DNA of 64,000 nucleotides from NCBI GenBank assembly GCA_002633005.1, contig NMRA01000017.1, positions 1,090,737 through 1,154,736 of the forward strand, in the 5' to 3' direction. The notes under the pieces were generated by a model that saw only the letters and a program-made list of their open reading frames with translations, had not been told where the DNA came from and ran no database searches. Below, piece by piece: positions 1 to 12,000 of the stretch (positions within the stretch are counted from its first letter, which is position 1; each line of letters starts with the position of its first letter). The DNA is from Phoronis australis. Its lineage: Eukaryota; Animalia; Phoronida. The position numbers and the translations under genes are program-made.

Positions 1-983
1 AGACATTCTCCACACTAATTACAGTTCCTCTGGTGACTGTCTTTACTATCAGCGCAATGACAGGAAGTGAGGCAAACCTTTTGGTGGACATCTTGGTTTG
101 GTGGGCATTCACTTCCTAATACAATGCCTGACTGTTCATTGAAGATAGTCTTTATTGGTCATTTGTCTTTACTAACTGGAGGTGAATGCTGGAAAATTTA
201 CCTCAGTTTCTGTTGTTGCATGGACAGAAAATACAGGCCAAGGAAACATTCACCAATGCCAAAATTCCTCTCCAAGACAACCACAATTTAAGCAAAGGTA
301 ACATTCATTTTCCTTTTGAGCAGATGTTTTTACTGTGGATATTCAGGTACATATAATGTAATCATGAAGACAGAACCTAATTAATGGGCAACACACATGA
401 AGAACTTCTTGATACATGACAATAAGAAGGATTAATATTCAAGCACAGAGATCCATACATGTCCACCATTTTTATGTTACTACTGCAATTTTTCACATAT
501 AAAAACAAAACAAATCATAGCAGCGACCTAGTCTTATGAACAAAGCATTCCCAGTCACCACCACTTTCATGATTACCAACCCCACCCCAACTCCTCTCAT
601 CCTCGTTCCAAATCTCTGCAAATCATCCCCCACTGTCACAGTAAACTTGTGCAGATAAGTGTCCACACAGACTGAGAACAACTTAGAATTGTCTTTGCAA
701 TAGCACAGGGGTTACAAAAACATGGAATTGTAGCATTACAGTGCAGCATTACAGTGCAGCACTATAAAAATGTCAAGAAACATAGCAAATATGTAAAAAG
801 TAAAGCAGGTAACTACTTGTACATGAAAGGGAATAAATTGAGATATACTTTTCTTTTGTTTATTTTGGTAATAATTAAATCAGCATCATGCATGATCAAC
901 ATAAAAACAATGAACATGATGCGACGTATCCAACAGGTTGATTAATCTTAGAAGTTTGGCAAATTAATATTCAAATCACCTAC

Positions 984-1099
984 TTGCAAATCTTTTTGAC
1001 CTTTTTCATGACTTCTTGGTCCAGGCTTGACTGACCAGACGTAGTCAGTTGCTCTATCAAGCCGGATAACTGCATACACAGACCGTGGTCAAGAGACAT
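984..1099 (-). CDS. UVSSA: UV-stimulated scaffold protein A, first coding exon (gene continues beyond the left edge of the window)
   Basis: Translates MSLDHGLCMQLSGLIEQLTTSGQSSLDQEVMKKVKKIC(K), matching the UVSSA N-terminus as I recall it (human [33 protein letters not shown]). Acceptor AG lies just before C-ATG (1102-1101) and a phase-2 GTAGGT donor at 983. Confidence 0.85.
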
Positions 1100-1446
1100 G
1101 CTGACCATTCGATGAAAGGACAGGTGAGTTATAGGTTCACAGATCACATTCACATGTGCATACTGGGGTGAATCTGAAATGAGACATTTGTAACAAGCCC
1201 ATTTTGAAATCTTAATACGGCAAAAATCACTCACCCACAGGCTCTTTGGTCAACAAGTTCAAATGCCAGACTCTGATGCCAAAGATCCAGGTCTCTACTG
1301 CACCAAGGCCATTTTTCATAACAGTGCAACTAAGTACTCACAACCAACCTATGTCACTTGCTAGTGCCCCAGGTGACAGGCTTGCAAGCTGAACACGATC
1401 TCCTTTCTACACACAGTAACTGAGTAACTCATATCAGCCACCAGAA

Positions 1447-2281
1447 TAGCCAGCCAGCTAGCTGTATGAAGACTATTGTCAAAATAGAGAAAGGTACCAC
1501 TGAATGTTCATCGCCGACAGACCTCGAAATTGCTCACAACCAGGGTAGTTCTGCTCGTTACCTCGCCGTGAAATTTGTATGAACATGTAGACCTAAATAC
1601 TGGCAGGGATGCATGCAAAATCTGGTAGTCTACCGACACTCACTTTGCCTGTTAGTCATTTAAGTGAAAAACAATCTAATGTACATCATTTTCATGAGTA
1701 ATTCACCACCTTTTGTAACAATGAAAAGTATGTCATCATTTTGGAAACAGTACGCACGTGACACGCACATCCGCCATTTTTTAAAATTCTGTGACATCTC
1801 TCAAGAGATGATGACAGCAGCAAAATTTGTTCTAGTACCAACATTCTAAAAATTTATAATGAAGTGCAACCAGTTCCAATAATTTGTTGTGATGGGTATT
1901 CAACCTCGTGAAAGAACAACAGTTGAATGAAGAATCTGGCAAAAAAAGAAACTGGCCAATAGGTGACGCAATATTTCATGACGCTCAAAGCCGACGCAAA
2001 AGATCATACCACAAATTTAGCTGCAGAATAATGATAGAATGCCAATTTTTCCAATACTGGTAAATAATTTAGTTTACTCAAGGAAGAGTGTAGTTTTTAA
2101 TAACACTAATTTTGTGTCAGATTTTATCTGGCCAGTTTTTTACCCACATCACTGCAAAAGCTGTAAAGTATACAGCTTTGCACCAAGGCAATCAGATGTG
2201 ACACCACCAGTCAAAGCATCAGCGAATATTGCCTTAGTACAAAGCTACCCGATAGTCTTCATTCAGTTAGCTGGCTGGCTA
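1447..2281. mobile_element. Non-autonomous TIR element (MITE) in the UVSSA 5' intron
   Basis: tagccagccagctagctgtatgaagactat (1447-1476) is the imperfect reverse complement of atagtcttcattcagttagctggctggcta (2252-2281). The same terminus recurs at ~55980-56008. Confidence 0.6.
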
Positions 2282-2996
2282 CAGCAAATGCAGTGTCACA
2301 CTGGCTGGGATTCTTCAATTGGTTATACACTCATTGAACAATGACCAGGACATAAGTACTACTAGTAGTAGGCAGCACAGGGTAGGCGGTAGGCCTGCTC
2401 GGATACTAGTACTGTAGAGTGTAGTGAGATTGTGTTCCTGTGCTAGTAGTAATCGGTTAATGTGCAACACTTTCACGACAGTCATTCTACTAATTAATTG
2501 GTTCAAATTCAAGTAAAAGCAAAAATAAACTGTTTTACACTTAAAATGGTACTCACTCAGGCTACAAATTGTGATAAAAATATAAAAACTCAGCTGTGTA
2601 GTGTGACGTCCACCTTCACTAGACCATCTTCCAAAACAAAAAGATGCTGATAGTGCATTAAAACTAGGTCAACCTATTTATAGAAATGATATTTAAATGT
2701 AATTTCTTAAAAATCTGATAACAATAATTGTTTTAATCAATAAAAAAATAAAAGAATTTTTAAGCATAGTTTAAATGATACATTATATTAGTTTAGATTT
2801 TTACCAAAACATAGGGTATAATACGATTGACCTACATTTCCCATTAATTTCAGTTCACACGTGTGAATGTCGGTTTCGCAGGTCTAGAATGTCGTTGCAG
2901 TCGTTGTTCAATACGGTGTGGTGTTTACAATGACAAAGTAGAGGTTAGTATTGTGGTGAACTTTCCCGAGCGGGAATTACATAGCAAGACAACTCA

Positions 2997-3120
2997 CCAC
3001 GCTCCATCCAGTCAAGGGGTTTTCCACACAGGCGTCCGAGTCCGCTTCTGTACGCTTCTGTCGTTCTGATCGTCCCCAAAATACCGTAGTCCCTGTTCAA
3101 GTGTTCAATCCTTCATGTCT
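2997..3120 (-). other. Probable 5' UTR first exon of UVSSA
   Basis: GC/CpG-richer stretch ending in a GTGAGT donor on the - strand (actcac at 2992-2997), with a CCAAT box (tgattggcc, ~3158) just upstream. The 5' boundary is approximate. Confidence 0.35.
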
Positions 3121-3853
3121 CCTACTATTGATTACAATAGATGATATTTATGTCACTTGATTGGCCACTTTCCACTCTGTACTCCTACTGATTCAAGCTT
3201 TCACTTTCCAAAAATTGGCCCACAAATTTGCTTGAAGTGGTCAGAGCCATTTTTCAATGCATTGCCATTAGCTGCATCGATGACGTCTAGCGTAATTGTA
3301 AATTACAACTTAAGTACTGTAGCAGGGCTCGACATAACGAGCTGCAGGTCGCATTTGCGACCTGAAATTTGGAAATGCGAGCTGAGATTTTTGTCAGCTC
3401 GTATCAAGTCGCAAAATGCGACCCGGAATTTCCAACGAATGCGAGCTGAGTTTTTACATTTCTCAACAGATACCTGGCAAATACAAAGCAGCTCTTGTTA
3501 ATCCGACCGTTATTTGGTCGCTGCCAAATCCAAGTTCAAAACAACACTAACGGGGACAGCCCTCCCGATGACTTGNCATATTTTAAACATAAAGGTTGGA
3601 CACTTAAATTTTGCCAAGCCTAGGCTGCCAGCTTCAACTGTTCTAAGTTCCAAGTAAAATCTGTGTGCACTTCCCTCAGACTGGTATTGCATAAACAGGG
3701 ATATTCCTGACCACATTTGAACCAGTGTCCTTTGGGTGCCCCTGATTATAAAAAGTATGTCTTTTTCAAAAAGTTGTGTCTGGCAGACTTTGTGTAATTT
3801 AGTGGTAACATACTGAGTTAAGGACTTTTTGGTTTTAAACAAGGTCATTTTAT

Positions 3854-4636
3854 GGTAATTGTTTACAATATGACGACAATAACTTACACATATGATTTTG
3901 ATATCGTTCGATTCCTCGCGCCGTTATCTTTCCAAAAATATATAAATTGATCCCCTACCGCGTTTCCTTCATATTTTTTCGTCGAATTTCAGTTAGCACT
4001 ATTTCCCGGTGGACACCGCCATGTTAGCTCAACTCAAGATAACAGCGACACCTATTGTTATTGAATGAAACAGCATCGTTGATTCTGAGTGGTGGTTGCC
4101 CGCGCGAGATTCCCGCTAAAGTTTTCCTGACATAATATGGTGGATGTACAAGTAGAAGCATTTTACCTTTTCCATTTTTTAGAATTGTGACCATTTGACC
4201 ATTTTTCCATGAAATTGTCTGAAGTGATACTTTTTTCACAAATCTGGACCTCAAAAACAACCTCCGCTTTTTTGGCAGATTCTTGCTAGCAGATGCGTAT
4301 GTCAGGGTCACCATAGGATCGAATTCGAACCCTTGGTTACGTAACTCGGGCAGGGGATTGACGGGTCTCGGTCAATTTGAACTTATGAAAAGCGACGATA
4401 TGCAAGTCGGTAGATTAGTTCAGTTTTTGACCGCCAGGTGACTCCTTATCTATTCAACATGGCGGTATTACTACCGAGTAACAGGAAATAGTGCGAGCAG
4501 AAATTTCACGATAAAAAACTAAGGGAACGGGGTAGGAGAAATTTCTGTGTATATTTGGAAAGATAACATTGCGAGGAATCGAACAATACCAAAATCATAT
4601 GTCTGAGTCATTGTCGTCATATTGTAAAGAATTACC
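3854..4636. mobile_element. MITE/foldback element with ~140-170 bp terminal inverted repeats between UVSSA and RRP5
   Basis: ggtaattgtttacaatatgacgacaat...tcgattcctcgc...ttatctttccaaa at the left end mirrors tttggaaagataa...gcgaggaatcga...attgtcgtcatattgtaaagaattacc at the right end. Confidence 0.75.
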
Positions 4637-5997
4637 TAGGAGGATTCATGGCGTAGAAAATGATGTGAGTTAATAAACTATCCACGTTCCCATCCCAACA
4701 ACATAAAATAAATCACGCATTCATGCGCATCCCGTGTCACATATTCACCTCAAAATAATGTGCATGTACGTATCACATGTATATGACTTAATGGGCACAA
4801 AGTCATATTACAGTACTAGGTAATGCATTTCGACGATAGATGACCTTGTCATCGCAACTAATTCTAATGGCTTCCACGAAGAAACGAGAGATTTTTGCTC
4901 TGTCACGTATGCGAAGTTTGGCATTATATTTTTGCTAAACGAAAGCCTGAGTCGAAATAACTTTAGCATAGAAGTAAAGAGTGGACAATGATAAATTGAT
5001 TATGGTATATGTCAGCCATGTGTGATAATTTTTGTAGGAGATATGAAGGATTGAATAGGGACCCAGCAACTAGACTTTTACTGGTAGGGTAAAAGGTGTC
5101 CCAAAAAGTGAGCCACTTTTTGACAAGCTCGCATTCATAAATTCCAGGCTGTAAAATTTTGGACTTAGTCGACGTTGACATCACCAGCATGAAAATTGCA
5201 ATGATTTCTTTTCTGAGTAAAATGTTTTCGCATACAGTTTCAAACACATTTGTACGGACTTCCGTTTTGAAGTCATTGAATGAAAAAATTTTCAGTGACA
5301 CTTTTTATTTCCACTTCAATGTACTACATGCTATTAGATGGGTAAATAGATACACCACTAGGCGTATTGCCGGTACTGGCGGTATCAAAGCGTGTTTGGT
5401 CAACTTGTTTTTTGAAAATTTGGACTCCCAGTTTTGGAATCCTGTGTACAAACACCAGGCTGTCCGATTTATTCTGTTGTATGCCTGAACTAAAGTGAAA
5501 TGTTTACGCATTTGTTTTCATAAAATACGTTTCATTTTGGATTTTTAAATTATTGTTGGTCTTGATACGATAGGAAATAAGGAAGGATGACGAGCTTGTA
5601 CGTAGCCTTTCTATTGCTGTACTTCATAGCAGAAGGTGTGAATGTTGATTCCAAATGTACATGCCTGACTACTCATAATTATCTTCAGAGTCACGGTATT
5701 AATGATTATTTGTGAATTCATAATTGTTCGTTTATTCTTTCTTTGCCACTAAATATTATATACTGCATTGTCTTCTAGGTTTTAGTGTTGTTTTTTTTGC
5801 ATTTTTGTTGCTATTCAAAATGGGACGAGTACAAGGAGTCGTAAAATTTAGAGAGGACTCAAGAAATGAAAAGGCCTCAAAATTTGTTAGGCCACTGAGT
5901 CCCCAGGACAACTCTATCACCAACCCTGACTGTAAGACACGTAAACTAACAGGCAACAACTGTTTTTACAGCTCATTTTTTCAGAATTTGACAAGCA

Positions 5998-6099
5998 ATG
6001 CCTAAAACCAAATTGGACGCCGATTTTCCCAGAGGGGGTGAGTCTCACTCATGGGCTTCTGAAAAGACTCCTAAGAAAAAAGAACAGGAGCTGTTTAAG
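5998..6099 (+). CDS. PDCD11: RRP5 coding exon 1
   Basis: [34 protein letters not shown]; GTAGGT donor; upstream acceptor at 5983-5984 implies a separate 5' UTR exon. Confidence 0.85.
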
Positions 6100-9000
6100 G
6101 TAGGTGTATTAAGAGGCGCCTGCCTCGTGATCAAGTGTGGCGTAGCTTAGTCAGATTTGGGCACTGCGTGAGTACATTTTTGTGTAAGTGAGACCCTGGT
6201 TTCTGCAATGTAAGTGTTTTGTGGAATAGCGCATTTAGTATATGCAGGCTGGTGTGCACTGCGCTCTTGTCTGTTTATGATTTCATGACATGACATTAAG
6301 CCAAATTTTTTCTAAACCAAGCTGGACAATTGATATCTATGCTTTTACATTGTTACATTTTTCGATTAGCCATCACAAAAACAACTTTTGATTTATACCG
6401 TGAATTTGGTCTCAAATTGTTCTGTAGTCAAATTGGAGATGATTTCATGGCTTCAAAAGCACTGACAGTTTGTTATTGCCTGATTTCAGGCTTTACAAGT
6501 TGGCTCGTCTCACCGTATCATTTTGTGCATTCAGTATTGTATCAATGAAAAACGATTTGCTAATTCTTTGTAAACCAAGGAGTTACTTCTCATCTGAGTG
6601 TACAAGGAGCCACAAATTTTGTAGTGGTTAGCGGTCTGAATCAAAAGTTTGCTTCTTGGGTGGAATGTCTGTTTATAGCTGCAGCTTTAATTTGCCAATC
6701 ATGTCTTAATCTCATGGTCTTTTTCAGACTGATCTTCCTTCTGACTCAAAGAAGAAGAGAAAGCAGAAAAGACAGTCCACTGATGAAGTGGCTGACGTGG
6801 GTTTGTCTAAGAAGCGGAGACTGCAGTCTGGTAAAGATGACTCTGATGCACACACTGACATGATGCAAATTGAATGCCTCGCAAAACAAGTAAGAAAACG
6901 TCACGTCATAAAGCAAAAATGTTGCTTTTTATTAGAAATTTATCTATTACTTGAATGAGGTGAAATGCCCAATCTCCCCCCTCCTCTCCCATTCTCCCCA
7001 ATTCAATATGATGATAATATAATATTGTCACTCTGTGGTTTTGAAACATTCGCGTCCATTGCAAAGCCATAATAAATAATAATATAATGTAATAATAATG
7101 ATTTCCATCTTACATTTTACATTGCAGTGTATGTTGCTGTATGCAAACGCCCAGAAGTAGTCAATGCCTGTAAGCCTTGCCATACAGTGCTGAATATTGT
7201 GAGCTGCCCTTATACATCCCTCCTAACCCTTCGCTTCTTGGGAAGCAGAGGGCTCTGACTGGCTTCTAAATTGCGTGACAACATGTCAAGCACTGTAGGT
7301 TTCTACAGTTCGCTCAATTGCTCTTATACTCAAGTGTTACTGCACACCTCTTGGAGTTATAGGGCAATCATCCCTCCGTCTAAGAATGCACTCTGCCAGC
7401 TGCTAGGTCTTGTTTGAAAACCAAAGTTGTTTGAACTAAATTGCAATACAGTGTTCGTTCGTCACCCTGTCCTAGTCATAACTAAGTTCTTCCTTTCTGG
7501 AATGTTTCACAGATAGTGGCACGAGACATGCTGATCCTTGGAAGTGTTAAAGAAATCCATGACTACGAGTTAGTGCTAAGCCTTCCTAATGACCTCCGTG
7601 GGGTCGTGCCCATATCTCATGTGGCATCGACATACACAAGTCAACTTCACAAGTTTTCAGAGAACCCTGACGAGGCCATGTCGTCTGGTGAGGTGAGGCG
7701 TAATGATTATTGTTATTATTATATTGATATAATAGTGATATTAAGTGATTACTTACTCTAGTTTGACTTTTTGGTCAACGTGAAGTCTTACATGTTTACA
7801 TCAGCAGTGATCTTCCTCTTGGCTACATCTGATTTTTGCTAGAGGATGGGTTTTATGGTACTTACTCCCCCACTGCATGGGGGTCTCACTGACAGCTATC
7901 TTTGGTCTCGAGCAGTTGTTTGTGAGAAAAGAATGTGATGATTGAAAATGTCCATGCGATTTGTGAGGGAGGCAGACTTGCTGCCGTGAGTGTGAACATG
8001 CACACTTTCACATTTGCGTTATTAAATTTGAAACTAAAACGAGGCATTTGGTCTTAAACAACAATGCACAACAATCGTTTTTGTAGTGCCACCCAAGTGT
8101 GCGAGTAGTGAATTGTCGTAAAATTTTCTCATTTTATAAAAATGATTGTTGAGAAACCTCTACCTTTGTTTAATAAATATCATTTGTAATAGTGTCGCAA
8201 GTTTTTGAAATGTGACAGTTTTAGCAACTGTCAATTGTCCAAACATGAAGAATCTTCACAGTGCATTTTGTTCAACTCGTTGTTGACGTTTCAGATGCCT
8301 AGCAGTTTGAGTGACCTGTTCACTGTGGGGCAAGTAATGCCGTGTAGAGTGATGGATGAAGAGTGTAACAAATGGAAGGTGGCAGTCACCATCAACCCAA
8401 GTGATGTGAATCAAGGGGTGCTGGCCAAGGCACTGAAGAATGGCATGGTATGTTGCACTGGGGACATATGGAATGAAACAGGAAACTAGAAACTCACTGG
8501 GTGACGCTAGTGATTCAGTTGCCTTGCCTTTAGAAATGTAAACATTCAGCTGACACATATCTCATGGACATCCCATGCTGGTAATAGCTTTCTGTTCTCG
8601 ATCTATTCAAGCGATGAATGGAGGTTCTCTGTGCATTGTCATCAGCTAGTGAATATCTGGTCGTTCATTGGGTATTGTTGCAGCATAGTGTTGATGTATG
8701 AAATATTTGCCTTGTGAAATGTAGTGGAAGTTATTGCGTTATTTTTTCCGCTAAAATTTTGATCAGAAAAAAATATTGAATTGGGACACTGTCAATAGGA
8801 GAAACAAAATACCAGCATTACAGCAATCAACAGGAATCCTTGAGGACACGACTGTTTATGGAATTAATCCTGTTAATTTTTTTCTGAAATATTTCCGGGA
8901 TTTCAAAATGCATGGGAATGGACCTAATGAATATTAACCCTGAGATGGCTTTCAGGTGTTAGCAATTCTTTATGCACTAATTGTTTTTATAGAGATTAAA

Positions 9001-12000
9001 TCAGCTATTAGGTTATGTAATGTGATGAATAATTGATGTGGAAACTATTAGTAAATTAATAGATACTTAATATTAAAAGCTGACTAATTGTTTGATAGTG
9101 TGAAACATTATATTCGCTTCATTTATTAACTAATGCGTTGTGCTAAATGTAAATTCCTCGCTAACAGACTAATAAGCATCAAGTGTCTTATTCTTTATGG
9201 TTTCAGTTGTTGTATGGAGCCGTCTCCAGTGTGGAAGATCACGGTTATGTCATTGACATAGGTGTTAAGGGAGTGAGAGCATTCTTATCTACACAGGATG
9301 CAGAGTCATTTGTGTCGTCCAGCAAAAATGGTAATGAGCTTATGTCGTGCGAAGGTTTTTGATTTAAGCCATATTTTGTTAAATATGTTTTGCTGGTTCA
9401 AAAACAAAAAATGGATAATAGACCTTTTACTCTCATAAACCCCTTTCAGAATATTCTTTACCGTGATAGGATTGTATAAATATATCATTTTCAGTGAGGC
9501 GTAGAATATGTTGCAAGCAGTTTATCCCATTCAATCTGCCATCTTTTTGGTCACATCACGTGACCTAATGAATGTAAGTCCTGAAAGATTTCGGCCTCTG
9601 ACTGGGAATCAAACCCAGGACCTTCTGCTAACCATGCAGATGCTCTAACCACTGAGACATCGGAACCACTGGTGATACACAGAAATCCAATCAGAGATCA
9701 TGGGTAAGATGCTCACTACTAAGTCTAATTGGATTTGTGTGTTTGACCACTGGTCCTGATGGCTCAGTGGTTAGAGTGTCTGCACGGTTAGCAGAAGGTC
9801 CTGGGTTCTAGTCCCGGTCAGGTGCAGAAATCTTTTCGGACTTATATTAATTAGGTCACGTGATGTGACCAAAAAGATGGCGGATTGAACGGGATAAACT
9901 GCTTGCAACTTGATAGGTTTCTATTTAACATACCATATACAATGTGTATGTCTGCCATTTTCGAGTGATTTTAAGAGAGTAAAAGGCCTTATTGGATTTT
10001 TTATTCTGCTTAACTGAACATACTGCAGGTTTAACAAGATGCCCTACTATTCACTTACTCCCGTCAGCCATACAGGATGGTTCTGAAAATTGCAGAAAAG
10101 GGTACCTATCTTTAATATAGAAACATGGTCCTCCAAAACACATAAAAGGGTCATTTAAGATCATAACATCTTTGAAAAACAGATTGAGATACTATTTCTT
10201 TGAAATAGTAGTAATTACATGGGTCTCCAATAGAATTTGCATAAAACATTCTGGAACACCTTTCCCGCCAAACATGAATATCCGTTTTCTCCTTGAAACC
10301 TGAAAACGGTGTCTTTTTTTCTATGAAAATCCTTGTTTAAGGCTAAAAAGATACAAAAATCCCTGTTTGAGATATTATTTTAAAAACCTGAAACCATCAT
10401 GTGTGACGGCCATTTCTAGCGTGGAGGAGTGTGGCTCAACAATTACTGAATAGTCATTTCTCATACTGACTGACACAAGTTCGGATTCTGAAATTGTTTG
10501 CTTGATACCAGCCTCGTCCCCAAGCCTCAAGATGACGCTGATTGGTTTAACCATTTGAGGCTTGGTTACAGGAAATGCCTTCTATGCAATGATTGATTGC
10601 TGCCTTAATGTCATTAAAATAAAGGCAGACTTTAATATTTTTCACAGGCGTAGTTGCTGCCATTCACGAAGCAGAAGGCATTATTTTGATTATTGTTTGA
10701 AATAAAAGTTGTTGGCGTACTTATTTTCAATTCTTTTTTATTAATAGTATCAAATTAATTAATCAGTATTTGAATAAATATACACCATTTTTGCAATAAT
10801 TTAGACCTAAATTGCTGCAATATAGCATTAGTTTTCATTCTACTGCAGAAAATTTCAAAGTTGATGTAACTTTTTATTTCTCAATGATATTTCAGCTATT
10901 TCTGTAATAATGTGTCATAATTTTGACACATTTCATTTCCCATAACTAAGCTTCGAGTGGCTAAACCGATCAGCGCCTTCTTGAGGCTTGGTGACGAGGC
11001 TGGTTTGATACTTGAATGAATTTTTTTAAACCAATCATTCCACAATGATCCTGAAATGCTAACTTTCTACTTCTACTTAAAACGCAAGCNNNNNNNNNNN
11101 NNNNNNNNNNNNNNNNNNNNNNNNNNNNNNNNNNNNNNNNNNNNNNNNNNNNNNNNNNNNNNNNNNNNNNNNNNNNNNNNNNNNNNNNNNNNNNNNNNNN
11201 NNNNNNNNNNNNNNNNNNNNNNNNNNNNNNNNNNNNNNNNNNNNNNNNNNNNNNNNNNNNNNNNNNNNNNNNNNNNNNNNNNNNNNNNNNNNNNNNNNNN
11301 NNNNNNNNNNNNNNNNNNNNNNNNNNNNNNNNNNNNNNNNNNNNNNNNNNNNNNNNNNNNNNNNNNNNNNNNNNNNNNNNNNNNNNNNNNNNNNNNNNNN
11401 NNNNNNNNNNNNNNNNNNNNNNNNNNNNNNNNNNNNNNNNNNNNNNNNNNNNNNNNNNNNNNNNNNNNNNNNNNNNNNNNNNNNNNNNNNNNNNNNNNNN
11501 NNNNNNNNNNNNNNNNNNNNNNNNNNNNNNNNNNNNNNNNNNNNNNNNNNNNNNNNNNNNNNNNNNNNNNNNNNNNNNNNNNNNNNNNNNNNNNNNNNNN
11601 NNNNNNNNNNNAATTTCTGGCTTTTCTAGAATTTTTATCGGCCATATGTTGATTGACTGTTATCTTCACCAAGTAGTGCCCAGTTGTAGATGCGTCTTGT
11701 AAATACAGGGTATTCCTTGCCAAATTTCTATTTTCACTATTTGCTTTCAAGATACAATTTCTATGATCTGAAATTTAAAGAAATGTTTATTTGATTCCAG
11801 TAATCTGTCTAACATTCATTTCCATCTTAAATGCTTCCCAGAAAGCAGCGGTATTAGTCAACTGTTTTGTCCACGAAGGCATCCAGATTATTTATATGTA
11901 AATGATATTCTGAAACAGTTTCTTACAGTCTTACGAGAAAATGATGACACTACAGTAAAAATTCTCCATTTTGAGACATTGAAAAATTAATTATTTTTCT

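Larger units (their letters stand above)
9510..9909. mobile_element. 400-bp palindromic element carrying two divergent tRNA-like units
   Basis: gttgcaagcagtttatccc...ggtcacatcacgtgacctaat at the left end mirrors attaggtcacgtgatgtgacc...gggataaactgcttgcaac at the right end; arms ~185 bp, short central loop. Confidence 0.85.

Noticed and set aside
1-980. Second UVSSA exon or another gene in the first kb
   Set aside because: No frame I checked matches the UVSSA continuation; treated as intron
9753-9826. Functional tRNA-Thr(GGT) gene
   Set aside because: Non-canonical anticodon loop (A32, C33, T37), altered T loop, mismatched acceptor stem, and part of a palindromic repeat
11056-11750. Long ORFs of 198-225 aa in the ORF track
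   Set aside because: Artefacts of translating the N gap
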